Shown here: piece after piece, positions 25,540 to 40,510 of the stretch
Layout: every line of letters begins with the position of its first letter
Position numbering within the stretch: position 1 is the stretch's first letter
From: Eledone cirrhosa
Taxonomy: Eukaryota
DNA length: 64,000 nt
Assembly (NCBI GenBank): GCA_964016885.1
Contig: OZ024759.1
Location: 4,030,001-4,094,000 of the forward strand
Direction of reading: 5' to 3'
Made by a program: the position numbers and the translations under genes
Notes under the pieces: generated by a model
The model's input: the letters and a program-made list of their open reading frames with translations, nothing else
Database searches by the model: none
What the model was told of the DNA's origin: nothing

Positions 25540-27140
25540 CATGTCTCACTCCTATAAATCATGTCACTTCTAACACATGTAGCAAACATCTTTCCCTTCC
25601 ATGTCTCACTCCTATAAATCATATCACTTCTAACACATGTAGCAAACATCTTTCCCTTCCATGTCTCACTCCTATAAATCATGTCACTTCTAACACATGT
25701 AGCAAACATCTTTCCCTTCCATGTCTCACTCCTATAAATCATATCACTTCTAACACATGTAGCAAACATCTTTCCCTTCCATGTCTCACTCCTATAAATC
25801 ATATTACTTTTAACACATGTAGCAAACATCTTTCCCTTCCATGTCTCACTCCTATAAATCATGTCACTTCTAACACATGTAGCAAACATCTTTCCCTTCC
25901 ATGTCTCACTCCTATAAATCATATCACTTCTAACACATGTAGCAAACATCTTTCCCTTCCATGTCTCACTCCTATAAATCATGTCACTTCTAACACATGT
26001 AGCAAACATCTTTCCCTTCCATGTCTCACTCCTATAAATCATGTCACTTCTAACACATGTAGCAAACATCTTTCCCTTCCATGTCTCACTCCTATAAATC
26101 ATATCACTTCTAACACATGTAGCAAACATCTTTCCCTTCCATGTCTCACTCCTATAAATCATGTCACTTCTAACATATGTAGCAAACATCTTTCCCTTCC
26201 ATGTCTCACTCCTATAAATCATGTCACTTCTAACACATGTAGCAAACATCTTTCCCTTCATGTCTCACTCCTATAAATCATGTCACTTCTAACATATGTA
26301 GCAAACATCTTTCCCTTCCATGTCTCACTCCTATAAATCATGTCACTTCTAACACATGTAGCAAACATCTTTCCCTTCCATGTCTCACTCCTATAAATCA
26401 TGTCACTTCTAACACATGTAGCAAACATATTTCCCTTCCATGCCTCACTCCTATAAATTATGTCACTTCTAACACATGTAGCAAACATCTTTCCCTTCCA
26501 TGTCTCACTCCTATAAATCATGTCACTTCTAACACATGTAGCAAACATCTTTCCCTTCCATGTCTCACTCCTATAAATCATGTCACTTCTAACATATGTA
26601 GCAAACATCTTTCCCTTCCATGCCTCACTCCTATAAATCATGTCACTTCTAACACATGTAGCAAACATCTTTCCCTTCCATGTCTCACTCCTATAAATCA
26701 TGTCACTTCTAACACATGTAGCAAACATCTTTCCCTTCCATGTCTCACTCCTATAAATCATGTCACTTCTAACACATGTAGCAAACATCTTTCCCTTCCA
26801 TGTCTCACTCCTATAAATCATGTCACTTCTAACATATGTAGCAAACATCTTTCCCTTCCATGCCTCACTCCTATAAATCATGTCACTTCTAACACATGTA
26901 GCAAACATCTTTCCCTTCCATGTCTCACTCCTATAAATCATGTCACTTCTAACACATGTAGCAAACATCTTTCCCTTCCATGTCTCACTCCTATAAATCA
27001 TGTCACTTCTAACACATGAAGCAAACATCTTTCCCTTCCATGTCTCACTCCTATAAATCATGTCACTTCTAACACATGTAGCAAACATCTTTCCCTTCCA
27101 TGTCTCACTCCTATAAATTATGTCTCTTTTTAAGCATGTA
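25540..27140 (-). repeat. 60-bp minisatellite, about 26 copies, derived from LINE RT C-terminal coding sequence
   Basis: Unit reads KGKMFATCVRSDMIYRSETW versus LINE KGRLYDACIRTAMLHGSETW. Confidence 0.9.
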
Positions 27141-27212
27141 TCATACATATCTCTCCTCCATGTGATGTCTCAATATATTATTTTAGAAACAAAGCTACAC
27201 TACACCACTTAC

Positions 27213-27350
27213 CTGTCTGACAGTTGCTACCTTCATAACCAGCAGCACATCCGCCACTAGAACACACACCTGTCTGTTTGTTACACCTGCTGTTATCTGC
27301 ACAGTGACATGTATATTTACAGTTGGGTCCAAATTTACCTGTTTTACACC
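27213..27350 (-). CDS. EGF-like exon E9
   Basis: CKTGKFGPNCKYTCHCADNSRCNKQTGVCSSGGCAAGYEGSNCQT; ttttcag / GTAAGT, 138 bp. Confidence 0.88.
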
Positions 27351-27479
27351 CTGAAAATAAAATATGAAAGTCTAAATATATTTATTAATTTACATTAATT
27401 TCTGATAGTTTCATATTTTACATGGCGGACATTATCAGAGTTTTTGATGAACAGTATGGTTTTCATCCTGGACGTAGCA

Positions 27480-27718
27480 GAGCTGCATGATTAAATAATT
27501 AGCTCGAAACCAGTATCACACTGATGATGACATCATATCACCTGCTGATGATGTTTCTCATGGATAAGATGAAAGCTTTTTCACAAATGGGATCCTAGCA
27601 CTGCAACACCAATGGGTGTGGACCGCAGGGGGGACTATTTGCAAAAATAAACCTCATTTGGTCACATTGCATGAGAGTAACTTGTTCAACCTAAGAACTA
27701 TTCAGAAGAGCCTTGTAT
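27480..27718 (+). mobile_element. Mariner-like transposase 3' remnant
   Basis: Degenerate FFTNGILALQHQW..VDRRGDY..K* followed by a TIR-like end and TA. Confidence 0.55.
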
Positions 27719-27730
27719 TACACCACTTAC

Positions 27731-27867
27731 CTGTCTGACAGTTGCTACCTTCATAACCAGCAGCACATCCTCCACTGGAACACACACCTGTCTGTTTGTT
27801 ACACCTGTTGTTGTCAGCACAGTGACAAATATTGCCATAGTTGGGCCAAATTTACCTGTTTTACACC
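27731..27867 (-). pseudogene. Pseudo-exon f (137 bp, 1-bp deletion, Cys2 to Tyr)
   Basis: TTTGGCCCAACTAT versus sibling TTTGGACCCAACTGT; splice sites intact. Confidence 0.8.
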
Positions 27868-28119
27868 CTGAAAATAAAAATATGGAATGTTCTGCATGAG
27901 TAAGGGGTTAATGGACAGCTTCTTGCTCCTATAAATCATGTCACCTCTAACACATGTAGCATACATCTTGCCTTTCCATTCTCTTCAGCTTCTCCTGTAG
28001 CTCCATCTTCATCACTCAGTATGTAGCATATATCTTTCCCTTCCATGCGATGCAAACTTGTTACAAACATTTTCTTTCCATGCGATGTCCCAATATACTA
28101 AGTTACAAACAAAGCTTAC

Positions 28120-28239
28120 CTGTCTGACAGTTGCTACCTTCATAACCAGCAGCACATCCTCCACTGGAACACACACCTGCTGTTGTCAGAACAGTGACAT
28201 GTGTTGCCACAGTTGGGTCCAATTTACCTGTTTTACACC
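28120..28239 (-). pseudogene. Degenerate exon e (120 bp, 1-bp plus 17-bp deletions, net in frame)
   Basis: CKTGKLDPTVATHVTVLTTAGVCSSGGCAAGYEGSNCQT, 4 Cys left; ttttcag / GTAAGC intact. Confidence 0.75.
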
Positions 28240-28319
28240 CTGAAAATAAAATATGGAAGTCTAAATATATTTGACAATTCACATTAATTTCTGATAGTCT
28301 CATATTTTAAATGGTGGAC

Positions 28320-28650
28320 ATTATCCTAATTCTGTAAAATTGAGATAAGAAAGATTGCTCCAATTAAAGAAGGAACTCCTTGTTAAACCTTCCTGATAAA
28401 GTTTATGATAAATGTCTGACAAAGAGAGATTGTTGTGTTCAAGTTAGCTGATGGACAATGTGGTTTTACCCTGGATGCAGTAAAGCTGACCAAATATTCA
28501 CAGTGAGGTAGGTCTTTGATAAATCATGGGATTACTGCCAAGAGATGTATTCCTGTTTTGCAGACATCAAAAAGGCTTATGACAGTATTTTACAGGATCA
28601 GATGTGGAATGTTCTGAATGACTATGGGGTCGATGGACACATCCCGGCTC
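28320..28650 (+). mobile_element. Old LINE RT fragment
   Basis: Degenerate QCGF..DQIFTVR..CFADIKKAYDS..QMWNVL motifs. Confidence 0.55.
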
Positions 28651-28961
28651 CAATAAATTAGTCATCCCCATTTTTCCTCAACACATGATCCAGCATATCC
28701 TTTCATTTCTCTTCATAAATATTATTGACACTATTTACATCAATCTCTGCAAAATATTGATTTCCTGCCTCTTTCATGGGGATATTTCACCGGACCATTC
28801 TCATTTCAAGTCTCCTCTGCTTTCTCTGTTGTTCCATCTTCATCAATCATGTCTCACTCTTAAAAATAATGTCACTTCTAACACATGTAGCATACATTTT
28901 TCCCTTCCATGTGATGTCTCAATATATTAAGTTAGAAACCAAGCTATACTACACCACTTAC

Positions 28962-29870
28962 CTGTCTGACAGTTTCTATCTTCATAACCAGCACCACACC
29001 TGTCTGACAGTTGCTACCTTCATAACCAGCACCACACCTGTCTGACAGTTGCTACCTTCATAACCAGCACCACACCTGTCTGACAGTTGTTACCTTTATA
29101 ACCAGCACCACACCTGTCTGACAGTTGCTACCTTCATAACCAGCACCACACCTGTCTGACAGTTGTTACCTTTATAACCAGCACCACACCTGTCTGACAG
29201 TTGTTACCTTCATAACCAGCACCACACCTGTCTGACAGTTGTTACCTTCATAACCAGCACCACACCTGTCTGACAGTTGCTACCTTCATAACCAGCACCA
29301 CACCTGTCTGACAGTTGCTACCTTCATAACCAGCACCACACCTGTCTGACAGTTGTTACCTTTATAACCAGCACCACACCTGTCTGACAGTTGCTACCTT
29401 CATAACCAACACCACACCTGTCTGACAGTTGTTACCTTCATAACCAGCACCACACCTGTCTGACAGTTGTTACCTTTATAACCAGCACCACACCTGTCTG
29501 ACAGTTGCTACCTTCATAACCAGCACCACACCTGTCTGACAGTTGTTACCTTTATAACCAGCACCACACCTGTCTGACAGTTGTTACCTTCATAACCAGC
29601 ACCACACCTGTCTGACAGTTGCTACCTTCATAACCAGCACCACACCTGTCTGACAGTTGCTATCTTCATAACCAGCACCACACCTGTCTGACAGCTGATA
29701 CCTTTATAACAAGCACCACACCTCCACTACAACACACACCTGTCTGACAGCTGATACCTTTATAACTAGCACCACACCTCCACTACAACACACACCTGTC
29801 TGACAGTTGATACCTTTATAACAAGCATCACACCTCCATTACAACACCCACCTGTCTGACACCTGTCTGT
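28962..29870 (-). repeat. Pseudo-exon d: exon 3' end amplified as about 19 x 38-bp plus 3 x about 56-bp units, ending in an intact GTAAGT donor, no acceptor half
   Basis: Unit TGGTGCTGGTTATGAAGGTAGCAACTGTCAGACAGGTG matches exon codons for AGYEGSNCQTG; shared post-donor intron sequence at 28920-28961. Confidence 0.88.
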
Positions 29871-31430
29871 TTCCATTACTCCTCTCACAGAGTCACTTTC
29901 ATCCATCCTCAACACATGACCCAACCATCTCACACCATTTCTTTTCACAACATTCATCAGTCGTCCTATCCCCATCATCCTTTTTAAATCATCTTTCAGC
30001 AGCCCTCAACTAATCCACTCGATCATTCTCATTTCCATTCTTTCCATAATTATTTAAATCTTGTGACTTAAATATTTTTCATATTTCAAAATAATCAATT
30101 AAACTTTAAATTGATTTTAAAAAGGTTTTTTTTCTTTACTTTTTAAAATATTTATTGAAGTGAAATATTAATTTCTAACATAATCACATGACTTGACATT
30201 TGAAGTGATGGGGTGGGGGCTTAAAGTAATACTACCTAGTATTTTACTGGTACTTAATTAATCAACCCTGACAGTAGTGATGGATAAACCATTAAGCAAA
30301 ATAATCACATGTTTAGGGTAACAAGGGAAAAGGGGTAAATTTTAATTAAATTAAACATATTTTTCATTCTGTCAACACCTTCCATCCAATTTTCTTCCAG
30401 AAGTTATTTATGAGGTGAGGGGTGGTGGGGGATGCACACCATCATCCTTAACCCTTTAGTATTTACATTACCCTATAAATACTATTATATTTTCACGGTA
30501 AGGGCTTTATCTCTCATAATTATCTCGCATAATATTGAATCTATGAGATTTTGATATTATTTATTTTGAGAACAATACCTTGCTTTGCGGCACAGAGTTA
30601 CTGCCCTTTGCGTTCTGAGTTCAAAACCCGCTGAGGTTTGCTTTGCCTTTCATCCTTACGGGGTCGATAAAATAAAGTACCAGTCACGCACTGGGGTCAA
30701 TTAAATCGACTTTCCCCTGAAGTAAAAATTTCAATCTACACTTCGACAATGCTGTTTATTTTAACCCTTTAGTATTTACATTACTCTGTATTTACTATTA
30801 TATTTTCACAGTAAAGTCTTGTGGAGACACTGCACCCTTTAAAACCTCCATGCTTCCTGAGATTCGCCAACACTGCACCTAATATTCCCCCTCCATACAC
30901 GCGCACATATGTATATCATGACTCACACTATTCACTTCCCTGACATTTGTATAAAATAAAGTACCAGTAATGTACTGGGTAATTTGCTGGCCTTGTGCCA
31001 AATGTAAAAACAATAATATTGAATCTATGAAATGTTTATATTATTTATTTAGAGAACAATACCTTCACATCGATATGCTAAAGGGTTAAACTTGTTAGGG
31101 CTTCAAAAGAACTTTATGAGACCCTGCACAGAAAAGTGAAAGACAAAGTCAACCATGGCAAGATTTGAACTCAGAATAGAATGGTGGTGGTGGTGGTGGT
31201 GGTAGTGGTGGTAGTGGTGTTAGTGGCAGTGGTGGCTGGTGGTGGTGGTTGGTAGTGGTTGTGGAGGTGGTGGGGTTGTGGGTGAGGTGGTGGTGGTTGC
31301 AGTGGGAGTTGTGGTGGTTGATAGTGATGTTGGGTAGTGGTTGCGGTTGTGGTTGTGGTAGTGGTGGTAGTAGTGATGATGATGATAATAACAATGATGA
31401 TATTTATGATGATGATAGTACACCACTTAC

Positions 31431-31568
31431 CTGTCTGACAGTTGCCACCTTCATATCCAGGAGCACATCCTCCATTAGAGCAGCTACCAGTCTGTGGCTT
31501 ACATTTACTCTTGTCAGCACAATGACACATGTTTCGACAGTTTGGTCCAAATTTTCCTCTCTTACATC
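31431..31568 (-). CDS. EGF-like exon E8
   Basis: CKRGKFGPNCRNMCHCADKSKCKPQTGSCSNGGCAPGYEGGNCQT; tttgtag / GTAAGT, 138 bp. Confidence 0.9.
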
Positions 31569-32939
31569 CTACAAATCAATCAATAACAAATATATATTTT
31601 GGTGTGTATTTGTGTGGCCTTGTGGTAAGGGTGTTGGACTTACAATCATAATGTCGTGAGTTCTATTCCTCAACTAGGTTGTGTGTTGTGTTCTTGAGCA
31701 AAAGTATTTCCATTCATGTTGCTCCAGTATAATAATAATTGTTTCTACTTTTGACACAAGGCCAGCAATTACCCAGTACATTACTGGTACTTTATTTTAT
31801 CGACCCCGTAAGGATGAAAGGCAAAGTTAACCTTGGTGGGATTTGAACTCAGATCATAAAGGGACGTAACTCTATGCTTCAAAGCATGGCGTCCGACTCT
31901 CTACCAATACTGACAATCCACCGCTCCAGTATAATAATAATAATAGTGAAATTATTGTGTACAGTGCTCAGGTGCACTATAAATCATCAAAGGTGCATGT
32001 AAAGCACATAGAATAATGAACAAATGTCAGGAAAATGAACAGTGTATGAGTCATGATAAACATATGTACGTGTGTATGGAGGAGGGATATCAGGTGTAGT
32101 GTTGGCGAATTTCAGGAAGCTTGGAGATCAGTGCCAGTAATAGCTGGTGATTTAACCTTGGGATGGACTGGTGCCCTGTCCAGGGGAAGTTTTGTATTTT
32201 AAGTCACTTCATGCCATAGATAGCACTGGCCTGATGACCCTCAGCACTCGAGACACACTTTAGACATTTTTTTGTTTTTGTATATTCAACAGCCCAGTCC
32301 TTCTAACTGTCGGTAGGTATCACACTGAGCAGAGTCCACTGTATTCCCCACACCTGGACAGGATGCTAGTCCATTGCATGGTATTTCACTGCTATATTAT
32401 TCTATCTACTCCAAAAGTATGACAGAAAAGTTGATTTTGGTGGGATTTGAATACCGTTTTAAAAAAGAACTCAAAATCACAACCCATTAAAACCTTTAGA
32501 ATTAAAACCGGTTATATCCGGCCGGAATTCTCACACTTCTTTCTGTTCAAACCAGCCATAACTGGCTGCTCATACTTATGTTAAGGTATTGTTCTCAAAA
32601 TAGATATTATCAAAATCTCATAGATTTGATATTATGTGAGATAATTATATGAGATAAAGCCTTTACTGTGAAAATATAATAGTGTATATGAAGTAGTGTA
32701 AATGCTAAAGGGTTAATCTGTAACTCTACTGCCCCTGCTACTCACATCTTCCTCATGATCAACATTTAACATTCACTTCCCCTGTAACCAAGAGTGGGAT
32801 GTGTCAACAGAGACCGACTCAGAACTTAATCGGAGCTACTGACCTCTCAGATGTTACTGATACATTTCATCATGACTGAAGAGGACATTCATCCATTTGT
32901 CTGGTAGATTCTCTAAAGAAATAGAACTACAAAAGAGCA

Positions 32940-35900
32940 CACACGTGTCTGACAGGTGCTACCTTATAACCAGGACCACACCATCTACTGTAACACACCT
33001 GTCTGATAGGTGATACCTTATAACCAGGACCACACCATCTACTGTAACACACCTGTCTGACAGGTGCTACCTTATAACCAGGACCACACCATCTACTGTA
33101 ACACACCTGTCTGATAGATGATACCTTATAACCAGGACCACACCATCTACTGGAACACACCTGTCTGACAGGTGCTACCTTATAACCAGGACCACACCAT
33201 CTACTGTAACACACCTGTCTGATAGATGATACCTTATAACCAGGACCACACCATCTACTGTAACACACATGTCTGACAGGTGCTACCTTATAACCAGGAC
33301 CACATCATCTACTGTAACACACCTGTCTGATAGATGATACCTTATAAACAGGACCACACCATCTACTGTAACACACCTGTCTGACAGGTGCTACCTTATA
33401 ACCAGGATCACACCATCTACTGTAACACACCTGTCTGACAGGTGCTACCATATAACCAGTAGCACACCATCTACTGGAACACACGTGTCTGACAGGTGCT
33501 ACCTTATAACCAGGACCACACCATCTACTGTAACACACCTGTCTGACAGCTGCTACCTTATAACCAGGACCACACCATCTACTGGAACACACCTGTCTGA
33601 CAGGTGCTACCTTATAATCAGGACCACACCATCTACTGTAACACACCTGTCTGATAGATGATACCTTATAACCAGGACCACACCATCTACTGGAACACAC
33701 CTGTCTGACAGGTGCTACCTTATAACCAGGACCACACCATCTACTGTAACACACCTGTCTGATAGATGATACCTTATAACCAGGACCACACCATCTACTG
33801 TAACACACATGTCTGATAGCTGCTACCATATAACCAGGACCACACCATCTACTGTAACACACCTGTCTGATAGATGATACCTTATAACCAGGACCACACC
33901 ATCTACTGTAACACACCTGTCTGACAGGTGCTACCTTATAACCAGGACCACACCTTCTACTGTAACACACCTGTCTGACAGGTGCTACCTTATAACCAGG
34001 ACCACACCATCTACTGTAACACACCTGTCTGACAGGTGCTACCTTATAACCAGGACCAGACCTTCTACTGTAACACACCTGTCTGACAGGTGCTACCTTA
34101 TAACCAGGACCACACCATCTACTGTAACACACCTGTCTGACAGGTGCTACCTTATAACCAGGACCACACCATCTACTGTAACACACATGTCTGATAGCTG
34201 CTACCTTATAACCAGGACCACACCATCTACTGTAACACACCTGTCTGACAGCTGCTACCATATAACCAGGACCACACCATCTACTGTAACACACCTGTCT
34301 GATAGATGATACCTTATAACCAGGACCACACCATCTACTGTAACACACCTGTCTGACAGGTGCTACCTTATAACCAGGACCACACCTTCTACTGTAACAC
34401 ACCTGTCTGACAGGTGCTACCTTATAACCAGGACCACACCATCTACTGTAACACACCTATCTGACAGGTGCTACCTTATAACCAGGACCACACCTTCTAC
34501 TGTAACACACCTGTCTGACAGGTGCTACCTTATAACCAGGACCACACCATCTTCTGTAACACACCTGTCTGACAGCTGCTACCATATAACCAGGACCACA
34601 CCATCTACTGTAACACACCTGTCTGATAGCTCCTACCTTATAACCAGGACCACACTATCTACTGTAACACACTTGTCTGACAGGTGCTACCTTATAACCA
34701 GGACCACACCATCTACTGTAACACACCTGTCTGATAGATGATACCTTATAACCAGGACCACACCATCTACTGGAACACACCTGTCTGACAGGTGCTACCT
34801 TATAACCAGGACCACACCATCTACTGTAACACACCTGTCTGATAGATGATACCTTATAACCAGGACCACACCATCTACTGTAACACACATGTCTGACAGG
34901 TGCTACCTTATAACCAGGACCACATCATCTACTGTAACACACCTGTCTGATAGATGATACCTTATAAACAGGACCACACCATCTACTGTAACACACCTGT
35001 CTGACAGGTGCTACCATATAACCAGGATCACACCATCTACTGTAACACACCTGTCTGACAGCTGCTACCATATAACCAGTACCACACCATCTACTGGAAC
35101 ACACGTGTCTGACAGGTGCTACCTTATAACCAGGACCACACCATCTACTGTAACACACCTGTCTGACAGCTGCTACCTTATAACCAGGACCACACCATCT
35201 ACTGGAACACACCTGTCTGACAGGTGCTACCTTATAACCAGGACCACACCATCTACTGTAACACACCTGTCTGATAGATGATACCTTATAACCAGGACCA
35301 CACCATCTACTGTAACACACCTGTCTGATAGATGATACCTTATAACCAGGACCACACCATCTACTGTAACACACATGTCTGATAGCTGCTACCATATAAC
35401 CAGGACCACACCATCTACTGTAACACACCTGTCTGATAGATGATACCTTATAACCAGGACCACACCATCTACTGTAACACACCTGTCTGACAGGTGCTAC
35501 CTTATAACCAGGACCAAACCATCTACTGTAACACACCTGTCTGACAGGTGCTACCTTATAACCAGGACCACACCATCTACTGTAACACACCTGTCTGACA
35601 GGTGCTACCTTATAACCAGGACCACACCATCTACTGTAACACACATGTCTGATAGCTGCTACCTTATAACCAGGACCACACCATCTACTGTAACACACCT
35701 GTCTGACAGCTGCTACCATATAACCAGGACCACACCATCTACTGTAACACACCTGTCTGACAGGTGCTACCTTATAACCAGGACCACACCTTCTACTGTA
35801 ACACACCTGTCTGACAGGTGCTACCTTATAACCAGGACCACACCATCTACTGTAACACACCTATCTGACAGGTGCTACCTTATAACCAGGACCACACCTT

Positions 35901-38900
35901 CTACTGTAACACACCTGTCTGACAGGTGCTACCTTATAACCAGGACCACACCATCTTCTGTAACACACCTGTCTGACAGCTGCTACCATATAACCAGGAC
36001 CACACCATCTACTGTAACACACCTGTCTGATAGCTCCTACCTTATAACCAGGACCACACTATCTACTGTAACACACTTGTCTGACAGGTGCTACCTTATA
36101 ACCAGGACCACACCATCTACTGTAACACACCTGTCTGATAGATGATACCTTATAACCAGGACCACACCATCTACTGGAACACACCTGTCTGACAGGTGCT
36201 ACCTTATAACCAGGACCACACCATCTACTGTAACACACCTGTCTGATAGATGATACCTTATAACCAGGACCACACCATCTACTGTAACACACCTGTCTGA
36301 CAGGTGCTACCTTATAACCAGGACCACACCATCTTCTGTAACACACCTGTCTGACAGCTGCTACCATATAACCAGGACCACACCATCTACTGTAACACAC
36401 CTGTCTGATAGCTCCTACCTTATAACCAGGACCACACTATCTACTGTAACACACTTGTCTGACAGGTGCTACCTTATAACCAGGACCACACCATCTACTG
36501 TAACACACCTGTCTGATAGATGATACCTTATAACCAGGACCACACCATCTACTGGAACACACCTGTCTGACAGGTGCTACCTTATAACCAGGACCACACC
36601 ATCTACTGTAACACACCTGTCTGATAGATGATACCTTATAACCAGGACCACACCATCTACTGTAACACACATGTCTGACAGGTGCTACCTTATAACCAGG
36701 ACCACATCATCTACTGTAACACACCTGTCTGATAGATGATACCTTATAAACAGGACCACACCATCTACTGTAACACACCTGTCTGACAGGTGCTACCTTA
36801 TAACCAGGATCACACCATCTACTGTAACACACCTGTCTGACAGCTGCTACCATGTAACCAGTACCACACCATCTACTGGAACACACGTGTCTGACAGGTG
36901 CTACCTTATAACCAGGACCACACCATCTACTGTAACACACCTGTCTGACAGCTGCTACCTTATAACCAGGACCACACCATCTACTGGAACACACCTGTCT
37001 GACAGGTGCTACCTTATAACCAGGACCACACCATCTACTGTAACACACCTGTCTGATAGATGATACCTTATAACCAGGACCACACCATCTACTGGAAGAC
37101 ACCTGTCTGACAGGTGCTACCTTATAACCAGGACCACACCATCTACTGTAACACACCTGTCTGATAGATGATACCTTATAACCAGGACCACACCATCTAC
37201 TGTAACACACATGTCTGATAGCTGCTGCCATATAACCAGGACCACACCATCTACTGTAACACACCTGTCTGATAGATGATACCTTATAACCAGGACCACA
37301 CCATCTACTGTAACACACCTGTCTGACAGGTGCTACCTTATAACCAGGACCACACCATCTACTGTAACACACCTGTCTGACAGGTGCTACCTTATAACCA
37401 GGACCACACCTTCTACTGTAACACACCTGTCTGACAGGTGCTACCTTATAACCAGGACCACACCATCTACTGTAACACACCTGTCTGACAGGTGCTACCT
37501 TATAACCAGGACCACACCTTCTACTGTAACACACCTGTCTGACAGGTGCTACCTTATAACCAGGACCACACCATCTACTGTAACACACCTGTCTGACAGG
37601 TGCTACCTTATAACCAGGACCACACCATCTACTGTAACACACATGTCTGATAGCTGCTACCTTATAACCAGGACCACACCATCTACTGTAACACACCTGT
37701 CTGACAGCTGCTACCATATAACCAGGACCACACCATCTACTGTAACACACCTGTCTGATAGATGATACCTTATAACCAGGACCACACCATCTACTGTAAC
37801 ACACCTGTCTGACAGGTGCTACCTTATAACCAGGACCACACCTTCTACTGTAACACACCTGTCTGACAGGTGCTACCTTATAACCAGGACCACACCATCT
37901 ACTGTAACACACCTATCTGACAGGTGCTACCTTATAACCAGGACCACACCTTCTACTGTAACACACCTGTCTGACAGGTGCTACCTTATAACCAGGACCA
38001 CACCATCTTCTGTAACACACCTGTCTGACAGCTGCTACCATATAACCAGGACCACACCATCTACTGTAACACACCTGTCTGATAGCTCCTACCTTATAAC
38101 CAGGACCACACTATCTACTGTAACACACTTGTCTGACAGGTGCTACCTTATAACCAGGACCACACCATCTACTGTAACACACCTGTCTGATAGATGATAC
38201 CTTATAACCAGGACCACACCATCTACTGGAACACACCTGTCTGACAGGTGCTACCTTATAACCAGGACCACACCATCTACTGTAACACACCTGTCTGATA
38301 GATGATACCTTATAACCAGGACCACACCATCTACTGTAACACACATGTCTGACAGGTGCTACCTTATAACCAGGACCACATCATCTACTGTAACACACCT
38401 GTCTGATAGATGATACCTTATAAACAGGACCACACCATCTACTGTAACACACCTGTCTGACAGGTGCTACCTTATAACCAGGATCACACCATCTACTGTA
38501 ACACACCTGTCTGACAGCTGCTACCATATAACCAGTACCACACCATCTACTGGAACACACGTGTCTGACAGGTGCTACCTTATAACCAGGACCACACCAT
38601 CTACTGTAACACACCTGTCTGACAGCTGCTACCTTATAACCAGGACCACACCATCTACTGGAACACACCTGTCTGACAGGTGCTACCTTATAACCAGGAC
38701 CACACCATCTACTGTAACACACCTGTCTGATAGATGATACCTTATAACCAGGACCATACCATCTACTGGAACACACCTGTCTGACAGGTGCTACCTTATA
38801 ACCAGGACCACACCATCTACTGTAACACACCTGTCTGATAGATGATACCTTATAACCAGGACCACACCATCTACTGTAACACACATGTCTGATAGCTGCT

Positions 38901-40510
38901 ACCATATAACCAGGACCACACCATCTACTGTAACACACCTGTCTGATAGATGATACCTTATAACCAGGACCACACCATCTACTGTAACACACCTGTCTGA
39001 CAGCTCCTACCTTATAACCAGGACCACACTATCTACTGTAACACACTTGTCTGATAGCTGCTACCTTATAACCAGGACCACACCATCTACTGTAACACAC
39101 CTGTCTGACAGGTGATACCTTATAACCAGGACCACACCATCTACTGTAACACACCTGTCTGACAGCTGCTACCTTATAACCAGGACCACACCATCTACTG
39201 TAACACACCTGTCTGACAGCTGCTACCTTATAACCAGGACCACACCATCTACTGTAACACACCTGTCTGACAGGTGCTACCTTATAACCAGGACCACACC
39301 ATCTACTGTAACACACCTGTCTGACAGGTGCTAACTTATAACCAGGACCACACCATCTACTGTAACACACTTATCTGACAGGTGCTACCTATTAACCAGG
39401 ACCACACCATCTACTGTAACACACCTGTCTGACAGGTGCTACCTTATAACCAGGACCACACCATCTACTGTAACACACCTGTCTGATAGACGATACCTTA
39501 TAACCAGGACCACACCATCTACTGTAACACACCTGTCTGACATGTGCTACCTTATAACCAGGACCACACCATCTACTGTAACACACCTGTCTGACAGCTG
39601 CTACCTTATAACGAGGACCACACCATCTACTGTAACACACCTCTCTGACAGGTGCTACCATATAACCAGGACCACACCATCTACTGTAACACACCTGTCT
39701 GATAGATGATAACTTATAACCAGGACCACACCATCTACTGTAACACACCTGTCTGATAGATGATACCTTATAACCAGGACCACACCATCTACTGTAACAC
39801 ACCTGTCTGACAGGTGCTACCTTATAACCAGGACCACACCATCTACTGTAACACACCTGTCTGATAGATGATACCTTATAACCAGGACCACACCATCTAC
39901 TGTAACACACCTGTCTGATAGATGATACCTTATAACCAGGACCACACCATCTACTGTAACACACCTGTCTGATAGATGATACCCTATAACCAGGACCACA
40001 CCATCTACTGTAACACACCTGTCTGACAGGTGCTACCTTATAACCAGGACCACACCATCTACTGTAACACACCTGTCTGATAGATGATACCTTATAACCA
40101 GGACCACACCATCTACTGGAACACACCTGTCTCACAGGTGCTACCTTATAACCAGGACCACACCATCTACTGTAACACACCTGTCTGACAGGTGCTACCT
40201 TATAACCAGGACCACACCATCTACTGTAACACACCTGTCTGACAGGTGCTACCTTATAACCAGGATCACACCATCTACTGTAACACACCTGTCTGACAGG
40301 TGCTACCTTATAACCAGGACCACACCATCTACTGTAACACACCTGTCTGATAGATGATACCTTATAACCAGGACCACACCATCTACTGTAACACACCTGT
40401 CTGACAGGTGCTACCTTATAACCAGGACCACACCATCTACTGTAACACACCTGTCTGATAGATGATACCTTATAACCAGGAACACACCTTCCACTGGAAC
40501 ACACACCTGT
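32940..40510 (-). repeat. 54-bp exon-derived minisatellite, about 140 copies
   Basis: Unit GTGTGTTACAGTAGATGGTGTGGTCCTGGTTATAAGGTAGCACCTGTCAGACAG is homologous to the exon 3' half (GVCSSGGCAAGYEGSNCQT). Confidence 0.95.

Noticed and set aside
32927-39370. Cys-rich VCYSRWCGPGYK ORFs as peptide or toxin precursors
   Set aside because: Exon-derived minisatellite with scattered stops, no signal peptide and no proper ATG starts
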